Shown: positions 36,688 to 48,550, numbered from the whole stretch's first letter. The stretch: 63,602 nt of DNA, filler included, from Olpidium bornovanus S191 (GCA_017911155.1; 29 parts of 29 records of this genome joined end to end with filler, not necessarily neighbours in it), one strand, 5' to 3'. A program made the numbers and translations. The notes: a model not told the origin generated them from the letters alone.

Positions 36688-37620
36688 ATGATGACCAGAA
36701 CACCGCCGCTGCAGAACGCGGAAAGCTCCGGACAAGCAACTGCTGAAACTGCTGGGCAGCACATCCTCAGGGCCGGGGAAGACTCAAAGGTAAGAAGCCA
36801 GCGCGGAACGTTCTCTGAAACTCTTGACGCAGGCGAACGCGCCCTCCGCGAGCAGCAACAAGATGTGGAATGCCAGGAAAAGGAACTTCGCATGCATGAG
36901 GAGCAGCTGGAATGAGAGCATACCGAGCGTGCAGCCGAACGCGACGTGAACAAGCTTGAGTTGGCTGACCTACGCTCAACGTTCGACCAAGTTCTCTCTT
37001 TCCTCCTCCAACAGCAACAGCAACAGCGACCACCAGTCCTTCTGTCGTTTCGACACAGGTACCACGACTTCGAAAGGGAACAATTCCCCAATGAGGACGA
37101 AGTACGTTCCGTAACTTCTAGAGCCGAGGGACCCAGGCCTGGCAATGCTACCCCTGCTCGTGCGCCCTCTGTTACTTCAAACGCAAGCAAGTCTCCAAAA
37201 GAACAAAAACTCGCCTACTCCATGGTGGTACCACTGCTTGCCGACGTACCGGGATATGAGAGAACAGGTGGTGCAATGAGACTCGAGACCTTTATCTCAA
37301 AGTTCAACGCATACACCGAATTTGCCGACGGAATTGTCCCTGATAAAATGCAACTCATGCAGGCAGAAAACTGGACAACTCAGCATCTTCGTATTTCCAA
37401 ACTAACCAGCACGGAAGCTCTCCCTGGCAGACATGGCCAGAGCTGCGCTCCGCTCTACACACACATTTCTTCCCAGTTGACCACTTCAAACGAGTTCAGG
37501 AACAACTAATGTTATTTGATTTCCAACGTATTTCCTCCATTCAAGCATACAAAGATGGTTTCAACAATCTATTAAACCAGCTTGTCGCAGCAGCGCAGCA
37601 GCGCGCTCTCCCCCTTCGCA
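36688..37620 (+). mobile_element. Retrotransposon gag-like pseudogene
   Basis: One in-frame stop (36913) and one -1 frameshift (about 37370). Reconstructed: VPGYERTGGAMRLETFISKFNAY...KLDNSASSYFQ...PWQTWPELRSALHTHFFP...VQEQL...QRISSIQAYKDGFNNLLNQL. Confidence 0.75.
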
Positions 37621-39750
37621 CACACAACACACACGCGCTGCGTTGCGGCGTGCAGGCCCACACCGCCCCCTTGCCTGGTGTGGCCAGCCCCCCCCTTGGC
37701 ACGTGGCGGCCCCACGCAAGGGGCCCCACACGCTCGGCGTGCCCGCGCAGGGGGGCACACCAGCACGCCCGGCGCACCCACGTGGAATCACGCATAGGAT
37801 TCCCACGCTGCCGAACGACCTGTGTGCACAGCGCGCCTACACACAGCGTGCCCGTGCACGGCACGCCCATGNNNNNNNNNNNNNNNNNNNNNNNNNNNNN
37901 NNNNNNNNNNNNNNNTTAATTAATTAANNNNNNNNNNNNNNNNNNNNNNNNNNNNNNNNNNNNNNNNNNNNCATGAGATTATTGCGCTGTTTGCGTTTGA
38001 ATAAACGGGGGCGATCTCGTCAGTTGCGCGCGGCCGCGGCATCTTCTTTGGCGAGTGCGGGTGCGGGGGCGAGAGAAGAGCCGGGGAGCAGGCGGCGCCT
38101 TTTATACCCGGGAGGAAAGTAAGCAAAAGCCTCCGCGGGTCACGGGAGGGCGACTCCCCGGCGTCCCCTGCTCGCCGGGCCCTCTCCCCTCCCCACCTCC
38201 TCCCCGGGCCCCGGTCGCCGGGACGCCCTCCGCTTCCTGGTGCTGACTCGCCAAGCTCCAGGTGAGGCGCCCCGTTACCGCCCTTCCCTCCACCCCAGAA
38301 GGGCCCTCCCTTCCAACCCCCCCACACGCAGCAAAGTACACGCGCGCCGGATCAGGAAAGCCTTTTTCGCGTCGAACTGAGCAAGCGCACGTCCTCGTTT
38401 TCTTGCCTTTCGCTGCGTTCGGTAAAATATCAGGATCACGTGCTTCGCGCAACTTCTCTTCGACGCTTGAGGAACAAGCATTTTCGACAAGATAGGTCGA
38501 TGTGGCTTTTGTTCTTGGCGGCGGTTAGGTTCAGTGGCGTAGGCGGCCGCCCAGTGCAGCACCGCGCGCGCCTTAGAAGGACACGCGGTGTGACCACTGC
38601 AGCGCGCCCTCTGCCTTATCGCCCCCTGAACGCCCATGGGGAACCCTAGGCGGTCAGGGTGAGGCGCAAAGATCGGGGGGGCGACGGCGCGTGGTCAGCT
38701 GGAGAATCTTCGCACATTGATCCCAGCCGGCCAGCCTTTTCCAGCGGTTCCTCTCGGAACTGTGTTATTGAGGACACGACGCCATGAGTTCCGAGTTTCC
38801 CGGGAAAGGCCCACCCCGAAACCACTGAACCGAACCGCTGCCTGGCTAACAGATGCCGCAAGTTTTTCTCCAGGAAGTGGTTTCTTTTCTCGTCAGGGGT
38901 TTCTTTTCCAAAAAAGAAAAGGGAAGCTTGTCAAACACCTCCACGTGGTGCTTCCTGGGCAACGGTCTCTGCGGTAGTTCGCATAACCGGCTAAGTTTGA
39001 CATTCCGGGCTCGGGTATACGATCGAAACAGTTGCATCCCGCGGGGCTTGAAGTTTCGTAGTGTAGGAAAGTTTTGGACTTTTTTCTTGCTGTCAACCAT
39101 TTGAGTCTTCCCAATTGCCAGATCCAATAAAAGATTATGTTTCCTCTTTCAAACGTAATCCGCAATTACTGCCCTTCTTCCCGTCAAACATCTAAGGCAT
39201 CGCCATGTCTGTTCAAATCTTGTCGGAATCATAGTGACGTAAGAATGGCCCGGCCCGTTAGCACGCGCTCAAGGTTGCAATCCCTTGACAACTAAAGTTT
39301 CTGATCCTTGAAGACGACACCGTTGACAGTTCCGTGGGCGTCGGCCTTACGAGGCCTACACACATTTACGCGTCCAACAAAAAGCGTATGGTGATTTTGG
39401 ATGGACTGCCCGGATCGGCGCGTGCCACATGTTTGCTGAGAATGCTGCGGCATCTTTCAAGAGCCACGACGAGAACGAAGGCGAAATGCGTACAGATATG
39501 CCAGTCGGTCATGGAGGCCAGTTCAGAACCGTGCAGCCCCAAGCATCCATTCCTAAAGCCCTAAGGCTGCTGCCGCCACCTGCGGTTCCTGCTGCTGCCG
39601 CTGTCCCCCAACTAAAAAAAATCTGACTATACCCGATCATCTGCTGGACTCCCGTTTTAACGCACTTGAGCAGTGTAGTGGTTCGCCGAAGGTTTGTTGT
39701 GTATTAAAGGGGGACCCGGGACGGTTTACGTACTCGGGGAGAGGTCACGT

Positions 39751-39955
39751 GATCGAAGGAGAGCGGATCGAAGAGACAGAGTGCGGATCGAAGGAGAGCG
39801 GATTGAAGAGGAGCGGGATCGAAGGGACAGAGGGCGGATCGAAGGAGACTACGGTCGGATCGAAGGAGGCTACGGTCGGATCGAAGGCGAACCCGTACAT
39901 CGGGATCGAAGGCGAGGGGCTATGGATCGAAGTCGAAGGGGTTATGGATCGATCC
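39751..39955 (+). repeat. Array of 11 (G)GATCGAAG-core repeats with variable spacers
   Basis: Cores at 39751, 39766, 39786, 39801 (GATT variant), 39817, 39837, 39858, 39879, 39904, 39925 and 39947 (degenerate). Confidence 0.9.
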
Positions 39956-40291
39956 ACTACAACAAACGCACTGTGGATGACTCCACGAATCACCTTGGCA
40001 CAGGATACACTAAACCGGTTGAACAAGGCAGGATTAAACTTTGTAAATTATCGTACCTACACGACTGGGAAAAAAAAGGCTGGTAAACCAGAGAGGGACA
40101 GTAACAATGTCATATGGAGCATTCAATCGTTGCACTACATCCAGGAAAATTACGATTTAGTTATTATCGATAAATCCGAAACTGTTTTTAACACCTTTGC
40201 CAAAGATTGCAAAACGCACAAAAAGAATCTCACCGTGAATTGGAATATTTTCAAAAGTTTAATCACGAATGCTACCCAAGTTATCTGCATG
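39944..40291 (+). mobile_element. Replication origin-binding protein (UL9-like SF2 helicase) fragment, probable endogenous viral or mobile-element sequence
   Basis: Ordered motifs LWMTPRITLAQDTLNRL (Ia), VIWSIQSLHYI (Ib), YDLVIIDKSETVFNTF (Walker B position), WNIFKSLITNATQVICM (leading to motif III MDA). Intronless and about 39% GC by hand count, against a GC-rich host. Confidence 0.7.
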
Positions 40292-40406
40292 NNNNNNNNN
40301 NNNNNNNNNNNNNNNNNNNNNNNNNNNNNNNNNNNTTAATTAATTAANNNNNNNNNNNNNNNNNNNNNNNNNNNNNNNNNNNNNNNNNNNNCATGCGGCG
40401 AACGCG

Positions 40407-42215
40407 CTAACCGGACCCCCGGATCTGTTCGAGGTACCGCACGACCACTTCGTCTTCCGCTAGGCGCTCGACTGCCGCTGAGCATCGCTCTAGGGCCCTT
40501 TCGAGACAGATGGAGGCGACCTGGGCGAAATTGTGCAGGCCTCGGTCCCACGAAGATGCCGGGCGGCCGTCGTCGTCTTCCGGGAGGGGCGGCCCCGCGG
40601 AGGTCCTGGCGCAGTCGAGCTCGCGGGACAGCAGCTCGCCGAGAAAGCTGGCCACCCGCAGCCTGAAAACGGGGTAGAGCGGGTGGCGGCGGGCAAAGTC
40701 GTTAAAGGCTGCGGCGTCGCAGAGGACCCGGCGGCCAGCGGGAGCCTCGGGCGACGCGCCGGGGCTCGGCTCTCGCGACAGCGGCGGGTCCGCCGCAGCA
40801 AGCCTTGGTGCCTGTCCGCCGTCAGCGTCGTCGGCCACCGCGGATCTCAGCCCGTCTTCGGAGTGCAGGAGGCACAAGGTGAGAAACTGCCGCGACGGGA
40901 CGTCCAGGCCGGTGTCGAGACACGCGTCCGCCGACTGGTCTCGATCCTGGGACTCCTCCAGGAGAGAGAGTTCCGCGGGCGAAAGCAGTTTTAGAAACGG
41001 TTTGCGCGGTGGGGCGAACCCTTCCAGGTTTTCCACGGCGAAGCGCAGCTTGGCCCGGAACACGTCCTTTTCCGCCTCGGGGCTGCCCAGGGTTGCCCAG
41101 AGGTAGTCGAAGGACGCCGGGATGGAGATGCGCTCCCGCTCCACGACATCCGGCGAGGGATCGGGGGCGAAACCGTAGACGAAAAGGAACTCGCACAGCG
41201 GGCGGTCGCCGTACGATATGGTCAGCTCGTCCCCCGGGGAGGCGCTGCGGGCGCCGCGGTCGTTAAGGACCAGCTCGACCGCCCCGTCAACGGGCGAGAC
41301 CCTCCACCGCGCGTTCGGCGAGCCGCTGTGGTTGCAGAAGTCGACGAGAGGCACCATGACCGGAAACTCGGAACCTGGCCCTCCGCCGCTCCCGCCGTCC
41401 CCCGCGCCGGCGAAGCACACGACGCGCGAGCACACGGCGGCGTCTGCGCCAGCGTACTCCCGGAGGGTGAGCCCAGCCAGGGCCGGAGCGCCGCCGCCGC
41501 CGCGCCCTTCCGACCGCTTTGTCAGCTCGCGGTAATTCCGGCACAGCGCGAGGGCCTTGCTCTTCGCGGCCGAGACCAGCTCCTGGGGCCAAGCCGCCTC
41601 GTCGGGCAACACCTTCCCGAAGACCTCTCGCCCGGCGGCTTCGATCCGGTCGCGGTCTTCGAACTCGCCGTCCGGCGGCGACTCAAAAGCGCGCTCGCGC
41701 AGCAGCCGGGCGGCCGGCGTGCCCGTGGTGTCCACAGGTAGAATTTTCGCGTAAGGCCGCCAGAAGCCGAGACCTCCTCCGCCGTCCGGCGCGGATGCAT
41801 TCCGCGGCGGCCGCCGCGCCCGCAGGACGCACCTGACGATCGCCTCCCTGGGATTTGTCGAGAAGACGTCCTTCGCGCCTTTCGACCCGAGTCCCAGAAG
41901 CTCCCAGTCGTCGTCGTCGTCGGCGGACGAATTGCGCGTGGCTCGGGAAATGACGTTGTCCCGGGTGAGAAGGAGGGGCGCGGGTATCCTGGCCAGCGGG
42001 GTTGAAAGTGCTTCTTCTTCTTCTTCTCCTCCTCCTCCGCCCCCCGGGGAGGCGTCGGCGTGCCGCGTCCGAGAGACGCAGTCAGGCAGCTCGGTCAGGA
42101 AGAGACCCATCATCTCGCCGCCGGCGGTTTTTCTTGCCTCCACGCACGGCAAGCTCGCGCCGTTGGCAAGAAGCCATTGCACGAAGGTTTCCAGGTCGTC
42201 GTCCGAGCAAACCAT
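40407..42215 (-). CDS. SET-domain protein lysine methyltransferase (Rubisco-LSMT/Rkm-like class)
   Basis: Intronless 602-aa ORF: FVQWLLANGA...GLF, YAKILP, MVPLVDFCNHS, ELTISYG...FLFVYGF. Confidence 0.9.
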   Translation of the reverse strand: MVCSDDDLETFVQWLLANGASLPCVEARKTAGGEMMGLFLTELPDCVSRTRHADASPGGGGGGEEEEEALSTPLARIPAPLLLTRDNVISRATRNSSADDDDDWELLGLGSKGAKDVFSTNPREAIVRCVLRARRPPRNASAPDGGGGLGFWRPYAKILPVDTTGTPAARLLRERAFESPPDGEFEDRDRIEAAGREVFGKVLPDEAAWPQELVSAAKSKALALCRNYRELTKRSEGRGGGGAPALAGLTLREYAGADAAVCSRVVCFAGAGDGGSGGGPGSEFPVMVPLVDFCNHSGSPNARWRVSPVDGAVELVLNDRGARSASPGDELTISYGDRPLCEFLFVYGFAPDPSPDVVERERISIPASFDYLWATLGSPEAEKDVFRAKLRFAVENLEGFAPPRKPFLKLLSPAELSLLEESQDRDQSADACLDTGLDVPSRQFLTLCLLHSEDGLRSAVADDADGGQAPRLAAADPPLSREPSPGASPEAPAGRRVLCDAAAFNDFARRHPLYPVFRLRVASFLGELLSRELDCARTSAGPPLPEDDDGRPASSWDRGLHNFAQVASICLERALERCSAAVERLAEDEVVVRYLEQIRGSG

Positions 42216-43017
42216 GGTGCGTTTGGGGGTTTCCGCGCTGCCGCGTCTCCCCTTCCTCCCCCCATTTTCCCCCCACCTTCACCAGGACCCCCCCTTGTTG
42301 GAAATAAAGGAAAGTGTGGAAACGAGCCGCGCCGCGCTGCGAGCACGAGAGCCCCTTCGTGGAGTCGTCCTCAGCGACACTCCCGTACAAAGCAGGCTTA
42401 GAAGGGACAGCGCCGCGACGCCCGCAATACAGTTCTCCTCCGCTTTTCCTCTCACGGGCTCACTACGGCTCCGCCCGAGGGTTCTCCTGGTTTTCCTTTC
42501 AGCCTATTATCGTCACAACACCGCAACATCCCCGGAACGGGCTTCGCGACGTGTCTGACAGAAACAAAAGAAAGAGAAGAAGCGGTGAAACACGGCCCTG
42601 GCCGCCATCCCCTCCCCATCCCTTCTTCCGCAACAAGCACCCACACGCACACCCCGCTAGAAATGTCGCGGTCTCTCTGACGCATCGTCGGCAAGTTGCT
42701 ACACGAACGCACGCGGGGCCCTGTCGGGAACGAGAAAGAGAAAAAGACACTTTTTTCTTTCTTCTTCCTCGCTCTCTCTTCTCTCCCTCTGATGTGTCTC
42801 CGTGCGACGCGCGAACGCACGCAAACCCCTCCCGCGCCCCCTGAGCGCCGTCGGCCTCTTCACTTCCCCCCCAAGGTCCAACAGGTTGGGGGGAAGAAAG
42901 GCGGGATGATTCCCGCGGGAGTCTGCGCCACCGGCTACGTCCGGTCCCCCTTTCCCCCTTTTTTTCCAACACCTTTCCCCCCTTCCTTTTCGCCCGCCCC
43001 GCATGCGGCCTGCCGGG

Positions 43018-43086
<69 letters not shown>

Positions 43087-43603
43087 AAACAAAAAAAAAA
43101 AAAAAAAAAATTTCGGATCTGAGACGTTCGCTCGTTATTATTGCCTCCCTACGGGTCTAGCGCAATTTACACGGGGCGGGGCAGGGGGCGGGGGGTGGGG
43201 GGGGGCCATTCCCCGCCCTCACCCCACCCCCACCCTCCTCCACTCAGTAATGTTGCGGGGTCACGTGATCCCGGGGGCCGCCGTTACGCACGCTCCGGTC
43301 GGTGTGTGTTTGTGTGGAAACGGCTTTTTTTTCTCTTTTTTTTTCTCATTTTTTTGGGGGGGGTTATTCTAACTTACCCACCCCATGAGTACGATTATTA
43401 CCGTACACACCCTGTAACCCTAACTGTAAACACCCGATACTCCCCCCACCCGAGCCACGATAGCCAGTATCAGACCAAATCACGAAAAAAAAAACCGCCC
43501 TCANNNNNNNNNNNNNNNNNNNNNNNNNNNNNNNNNNNNNNNNNNNNTTAATTAATTAANNNNNNNNNNNNNNNNNNNNNNNNNNNNNNNNNNNNNNNNN
43601 NNN

Positions 43604-44697
43604 CGTGGTCGTGAACGGTAACGGGGGCCAGCCGACCGCGGTCGGAGTCAGCAAGTTGGCTGTGCAGGAAGCCCGGAGAAATACTTCCGAGCAGGCTCTC
43701 GCGTACCTGGATGATGTTCATGACTCCACATCGGGAATAATCCGGCACGGCGCGTAAGCAGGGACGCCTCTCGCCCGCGAATAACAAAAAAAAAAAAATG
43801 GGGGGGGGGGGGGGGGGTGGGGGGGTGGGGTGGGGGGTGGGTTGGTGGGGGATTAAACTGGCAAAGTACGATGATGATCTGCTTACTTAGCGGAAACAAG
43901 AGGAGGACAAAAACGACCTGATAGCGCGGGTCTTCTATCGAAGTCAACGGCGACAAAACCCTGCCCTCGTGCACCGCCATCCGTCAGAAATTGAAAACCG
44001 TCTACCCTCGAGGCTCCACAGGCCGGTATACGCCGGTTTGCATGCAACCCTTACCATCTTCCGAAAGACTCCAGCACGGGAAATGCATGGAGCAGCAGCA
44101 GGACGGTCAGCTTCATCGCCGCAAGCGCGCAGAGGAAGGCAAAGCTCTGTTTGATCCAGGCGGAAATTTTGGGAGGATCCCCGTAGTGCCCTGATTGCAT
44201 CTCCGACAGCCGCAGGCGCCGAACGGCCGCGCCCACGACGCGCAGGTAGCCATACAGGATGCCGATGCCGATGGTGGTGTCAAGAAGCAAGTTGAGAAAG
44301 TATCTGGCGGTGGGGGAAGCAAATGATTTTTTGGGTCGTTGTCAGGACGGTCGCGAGAAGTTTAGAACCGTTTGCGAGAAAAGGTTTTTTTTTTGGTTCG
44401 TACAGGACACAGGGATTGGACTCGTTGCGGCGGTGCCGCGGGTATTTCGTGTACGAGAAAAGCACGTTCAGGAGGTGCACCCCGCTGGCCCCGCACGCCT
44501 GCTTGGAAGCGTCGAAAAACCTTTCGTGGGCGCCACAAAACAGATGTAAGGCTCGGCGGGCGTAACAGATTGACCGCAAAGCGCACGGTGGGTGCAGGGT
44601 GTACATAGCATCTGCGATCTCACCAGATCTCGAACGGCCTCTTGGGGATTTCGCGTTGGCGTTTGATGAGCAGCGACGCCAGCGCGACCGCCGCTTG
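43604..44697 (-). CDS. STIMATE/TMEM110-family membrane protein (partial)
   Basis: Exons ALASLLIKRQREIPKRPFEIW / FFDASKQACGASGVHLLNV...NPCVLY / LLDTTIGIGIL...SGHYGDPPKISAWIKQ...MKL / QVVFVLLLFPL / MNIIQ. The first exon could not be resolved. Confidence 0.85.
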
Positions 44698-45090
44698 TTA
44701 TTGCAAAGTTTGTTTTTTTTCCCCGCCGAACGAGGGTGACGGGGATAGTGGTGGTGGTGGTGGTGGTGGGGGGGGGGCGTTGTAAGGTGCGGGGCGGGAG
44801 CGAGGGGTTTGACGTCGGAGGCGCCTGCGGAGTTCAACAACGCGGGAGCGGAGAATCGAGGAAGGGAGGCACTGAGGCTTCCCTCCCGGAAGCGGGCCTA
44901 CCTGCGCGAGCGCCGGTAGCAAGAGAGTGAGCAGCAGGCAACCCGGCAAAGGCCGGCAGAACCGATTTCGCGCGGAGGCGGGGGAGCAGCGAACGCGTTT
45001 CGCGCCTTTTTTTTTTTCTCTCTCTCTCTCTCTTCTTTTGACGTGGCGGCGGAACAGCCGCGGGCCCCTCCCCCTCTTCCCTTCCCTCTT

Positions 45091-45121
<31 letters not shown>

Positions 45122-45264
45122 CTCTTCTCCCCCCCCCCCCCCCCCTCCTCCTCCCCCCCCCCCCNNNNNNNNNNNNNNNNNNNNNNNNNNNNNNNNNNNN
45201 NNNNNNNNTTAATTAATTAANNNNNNNNNNNNNNNNNNNNNNNNNNNNNNNNNNNNNNNNNNNN

Positions 45265-45298
<34 letters not shown>

Positions 45299-45321
45299 CG
45301 GGTGTGTTTATGCCAGGATCT

Positions 45322-46026
45322 TTAGTCCCAGGCGCTCTTCAGAGCTTGCTTCCTCGACTTGCTCTCGGCGGACCTTTCCGCCTTTGCCTCGGACTTTTCA
45401 GTGACAACCAAGGCCCTCTCGACCTTCTTGTTTTGTCGACGGCGCTTTTTAACCTGCACGCCGGCTTTCTTTTTCCGCTTCTCGACCTTGCCGGATCCCC
45501 GCGGTCTACGAGGCGGCCGCCGCGCCGTTTCCGCGTGGGTTGGAGGAGAAGGTTTATTCAGGTGTCTCCCTGAGGACGGAAGGGTCAACCGGTTTTGGGC
45601 GGCGTCTCACGTGGGGTTACCGCTGTCGACGTCCATTTTCTCGAACGCCTGGCCGCCTAGCGTGCAGGAGAAAAGAGATGGTGGGGGGGAGGGGGGAAGG
45701 GGGGGAATTCCGTGTTTTCAAGGCGGGGAGCCGTTGAGGCGCGCGGAGATCAAACGTGCCGCAGAAATCGGAGACGGTGAGTGCAAATTCCAACCCCTTC
45801 CGCGAGAGACCGGAGCCCGCGGCCGCGCTTGCTTTCCGGCGGACGTTGAGCCCATTTATTCTGTGCGAGATCCCGGGGCAGGACAATCTGCCGCGCCGCG
45901 GGCCGAGACGCCAAAAAAGGGACAGGGCAGGGGAAGGAGGGCTAGCTACCCACCGGCGCGCGCGCCGGCGGCGGACCCTGCTGCGGAGGTCTTGGTCTTC
46001 TTGGCCTTCCTGGTCGCCTTTCCCAT
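45322..46026 (-). CDS. Small basic protein, possibly Ecm1/Alb1-type pre-60S factor
   Basis: ATG at 46026 ([12 protein letters not shown], then a GT donor). The last exon [42 protein letters not shown] resembles the Ecm1/Alb1 C-terminal helix ending in W. Divergent from HIS6. Confidence 0.4.
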
Positions 46027-46374
46027 TTCCGGCAGAGGTTCCTGTGCTCGGTTCTCTTGTTCTTTTTTTTTTTTTTTTTTTTTTTATCTTGGGCGGTTGT
46101 GGTTTGGCGACGCCACAGGAACCGAGATGGGCCGAAAAGCCCTTCTCCCGCCCGGGCCCCGGCAAACACGAAGTCTGCGTCCGGTCGGGGAGTCAGAAAC
46201 GCTCGAAAGCGCAAAGCAAATAAAAAAAATAAAAAAAAAAAAACGGAAGAAGGAAGTCCGCAGTCGGCCGCTGGCGCTCGCTCGCGAACCTCCCCCGGGG
46301 CGCCGTCGGTTTTTCTTCCTGCAGGCCGTCCCAGGGCTTCCCCCCCGAGTCGCCCCCGACGGCCCATCTCGCCC

Positions 46375-47563
46375 ATGATTACGGCCGCCGGCAAAGGGAC
46401 CCGCTTCCGCCCCTGCATCGACTTGCACGAGGGCGAGGTAAAGCAGATCGTGGGCGGCACCCTCGCGGGAGACTCCTCGTGCACCACGAACTTCGTTTCG
46501 CCGCTCCCGCCGGAGCACTACGCGGACCTCTACCGTCGGAACGGGCTCACCGGCGGCCACCTGATCAAGCTGGGCGGAGGGAACGACGAGGCGGCAAGGA
46601 GCGCACTCGCGTGCTGGAGAGGTGCCTTCGTGAACAATTCGCGGCGCCGGGACACCACGATAGAAACTTCTTTTATTTTTTTCTCATGCCGAAAATCTAT
46701 GCCGAGCGGACCGACCCCGCAGCCACGCGTCTGATGCGCAACTTGTTTGGACGCAAACAATCCAGGCGGACTGCAAGTCGGCGGGGGAATCACCTTTGAC
46801 AACGCGAAGCAATGGTTGGCAGACGGTGCAGATAAAGTACTGCGTTGCTCACAAGTTTTGTGAAACGCCTACGTAAACGTTGGGTGGCGCGGTGGGCGAA
46901 GCAAACGAAAAACGAAATTCAGTCTCGATAGTGCAGGTTAACCTACGTTCCCGTCCCACCCGTCCCCTTCAGGTGATCGTGACCTCGTGGCTGTTTCCGG
47001 CGAAAGAATTCTCGCTCGACCGACTGCGACGGCTTTCTGAGGAAGTCGGCCGGGAGAAGCTCGTTGTCGACGTCAGCTGCCGGAAACGTGACGGCAGGTG
47101 GTTCGTTGCGATAGACAAGTGGCAAACCATCACCGACATGGAAGTCAACGGCGGTATGCTTTCCGCACACATCATGTCGACGCGCAAAACGCTGTAGACG
47201 GCTGATTTTGGGAATATTCCCGCCGGATGTTTCAGAATCGCTGGCGATGATTGCTCCCTATTGCTCGTAAGGGTCAAGGAACGGGCGGTCTAAAGCGCAT
47301 CTCTGAACGCCGGGGTATCAATACCGCAATCTAAGCTCTGAATCGTCACAGAGAGTTCCTGATTCACGCGGCGGATGTCGAAGGGCTCTGCCGCGGCATC
47401 GATGAGGAGCTAGTAAAACGTGGGTTTGGTTGCGTCCTTTTCGCATGCCTTCGAGCCGGATCCCACCAAGACGGGCTCTAGCGTCAAATAAAATTCTGAC
47501 TGTCCAATCCTGTTTCGTACTCTCCGAAAAACAGGGCTGGGCGAATGGGTAACGATACCAACC
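46375..47563 (+). CDS. HIS6: ProFAR isomerase, eukaryotic HisA (3'-partial)
   Basis: [69 protein letters not shown]. Confidence 0.97.
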
Positions 47564-47777
47564 NNNNNNNNNNNNNNNNNNNNNNNNNNNNNNNNNNNNN
47601 NNNNNNNTTAATTAATTAANNNNNNNNNNNNNNNNNNNNNNNNNNNNNNNNNNNNNNNNNNNNGGGGGGTGTCCCGAAGTATTGTTGAGGCTCGTGTGTT
47701 TTTTTTTTATTTGCTGACCGCGGCGCCGCGCGTAAACGCGTTTTTTCCCCCTCCACGCCTTCCCTCGCCGCGGCCAG

Positions 47778-48550
47778 TTTGACAAAGCGATAACCGAAGC
47801 GCTGCAGTCCAGAGTGCGAAGCAAGGCGACGATACGGGTGGGCACGGGCGGCGGAGCGCGCCTCGCCCCTCTTCCGCGTTTTTTTTTTTTTTTTTTTTTT
47901 TGCGTCTGACGCGGGGTTCGGCTTTGCTCGCGCGTTGGGGGGCGGGATGGCGGCGCGGGGCGGGGTGGGGGTGCGGGCCGGCAAAAATGCGCGCAACAGG
48001 GACACTTGCACACCTATCGATTTTGGTAAGCCGCGCGGGATAGTGAATCATGGAAAAAAAACAGAAGTTTCTGAACGCCGGGCTTTGCTTTTCCGGCTTT
48101 CTTCATATTTTTTCTTTTTTTTTTTTCTTTTTCGTTTTTTCTTTTTTTTTTTCTGTTTTTTTTTCTTTTTCCTTTTTTTTCTTCTTTTTTTCTTTTTTTT
48201 GTTTTTTGTTGGCCGATGCCCCGGACGGCGTCTGGCGCGAGAGCACGGCCACGTCCCACCCCGGAAAGCTGGTTCGCGGGAAGGGCAGCACCCGAACGAT
48301 CCGAAGCTACCCTGCTCTCTTTTGCCGGAGCCGAAGGGTTTATCCTTTTTTCGGCCGTTCCGTCGTTAAACTCTTTTTTTTCTCCTCTCCCCCCGGATCA
48401 CCCTACCCCGCCCTCCCTCCGCCGGGCGCGCGCAGCGACGACGTCTGGACGTTCATCATCGAGAACGCGGTGTTCAGGATCGACGGCGGCGACCTCACGT
48501 CCGTGGACAAGGTCAAGATCGTGGCGTGCAACGCCTCCAGGCCCGTCTAG
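47778..48550 (+). CDS. TOA2: TFIIA gamma subunit (5'-partial)
   Basis: Exons 47778-47837, 48000-48025 and 48436-48550: FDKAITEAL...R / GHLHTYRFC / DDVWTFII...DKVKIVACN. Confidence 0.95.

Noticed and set aside
39751-39955. GATCGAAG array as CRISPR-like
   Set aside because: The core is only 8-10 bp and spacers are 7-17 bp, far from CRISPR dimensions.
43415-43424. TAACCCTAAC as a telomeric repeat
   Set aside because: Fewer than two units and internal to the contig.
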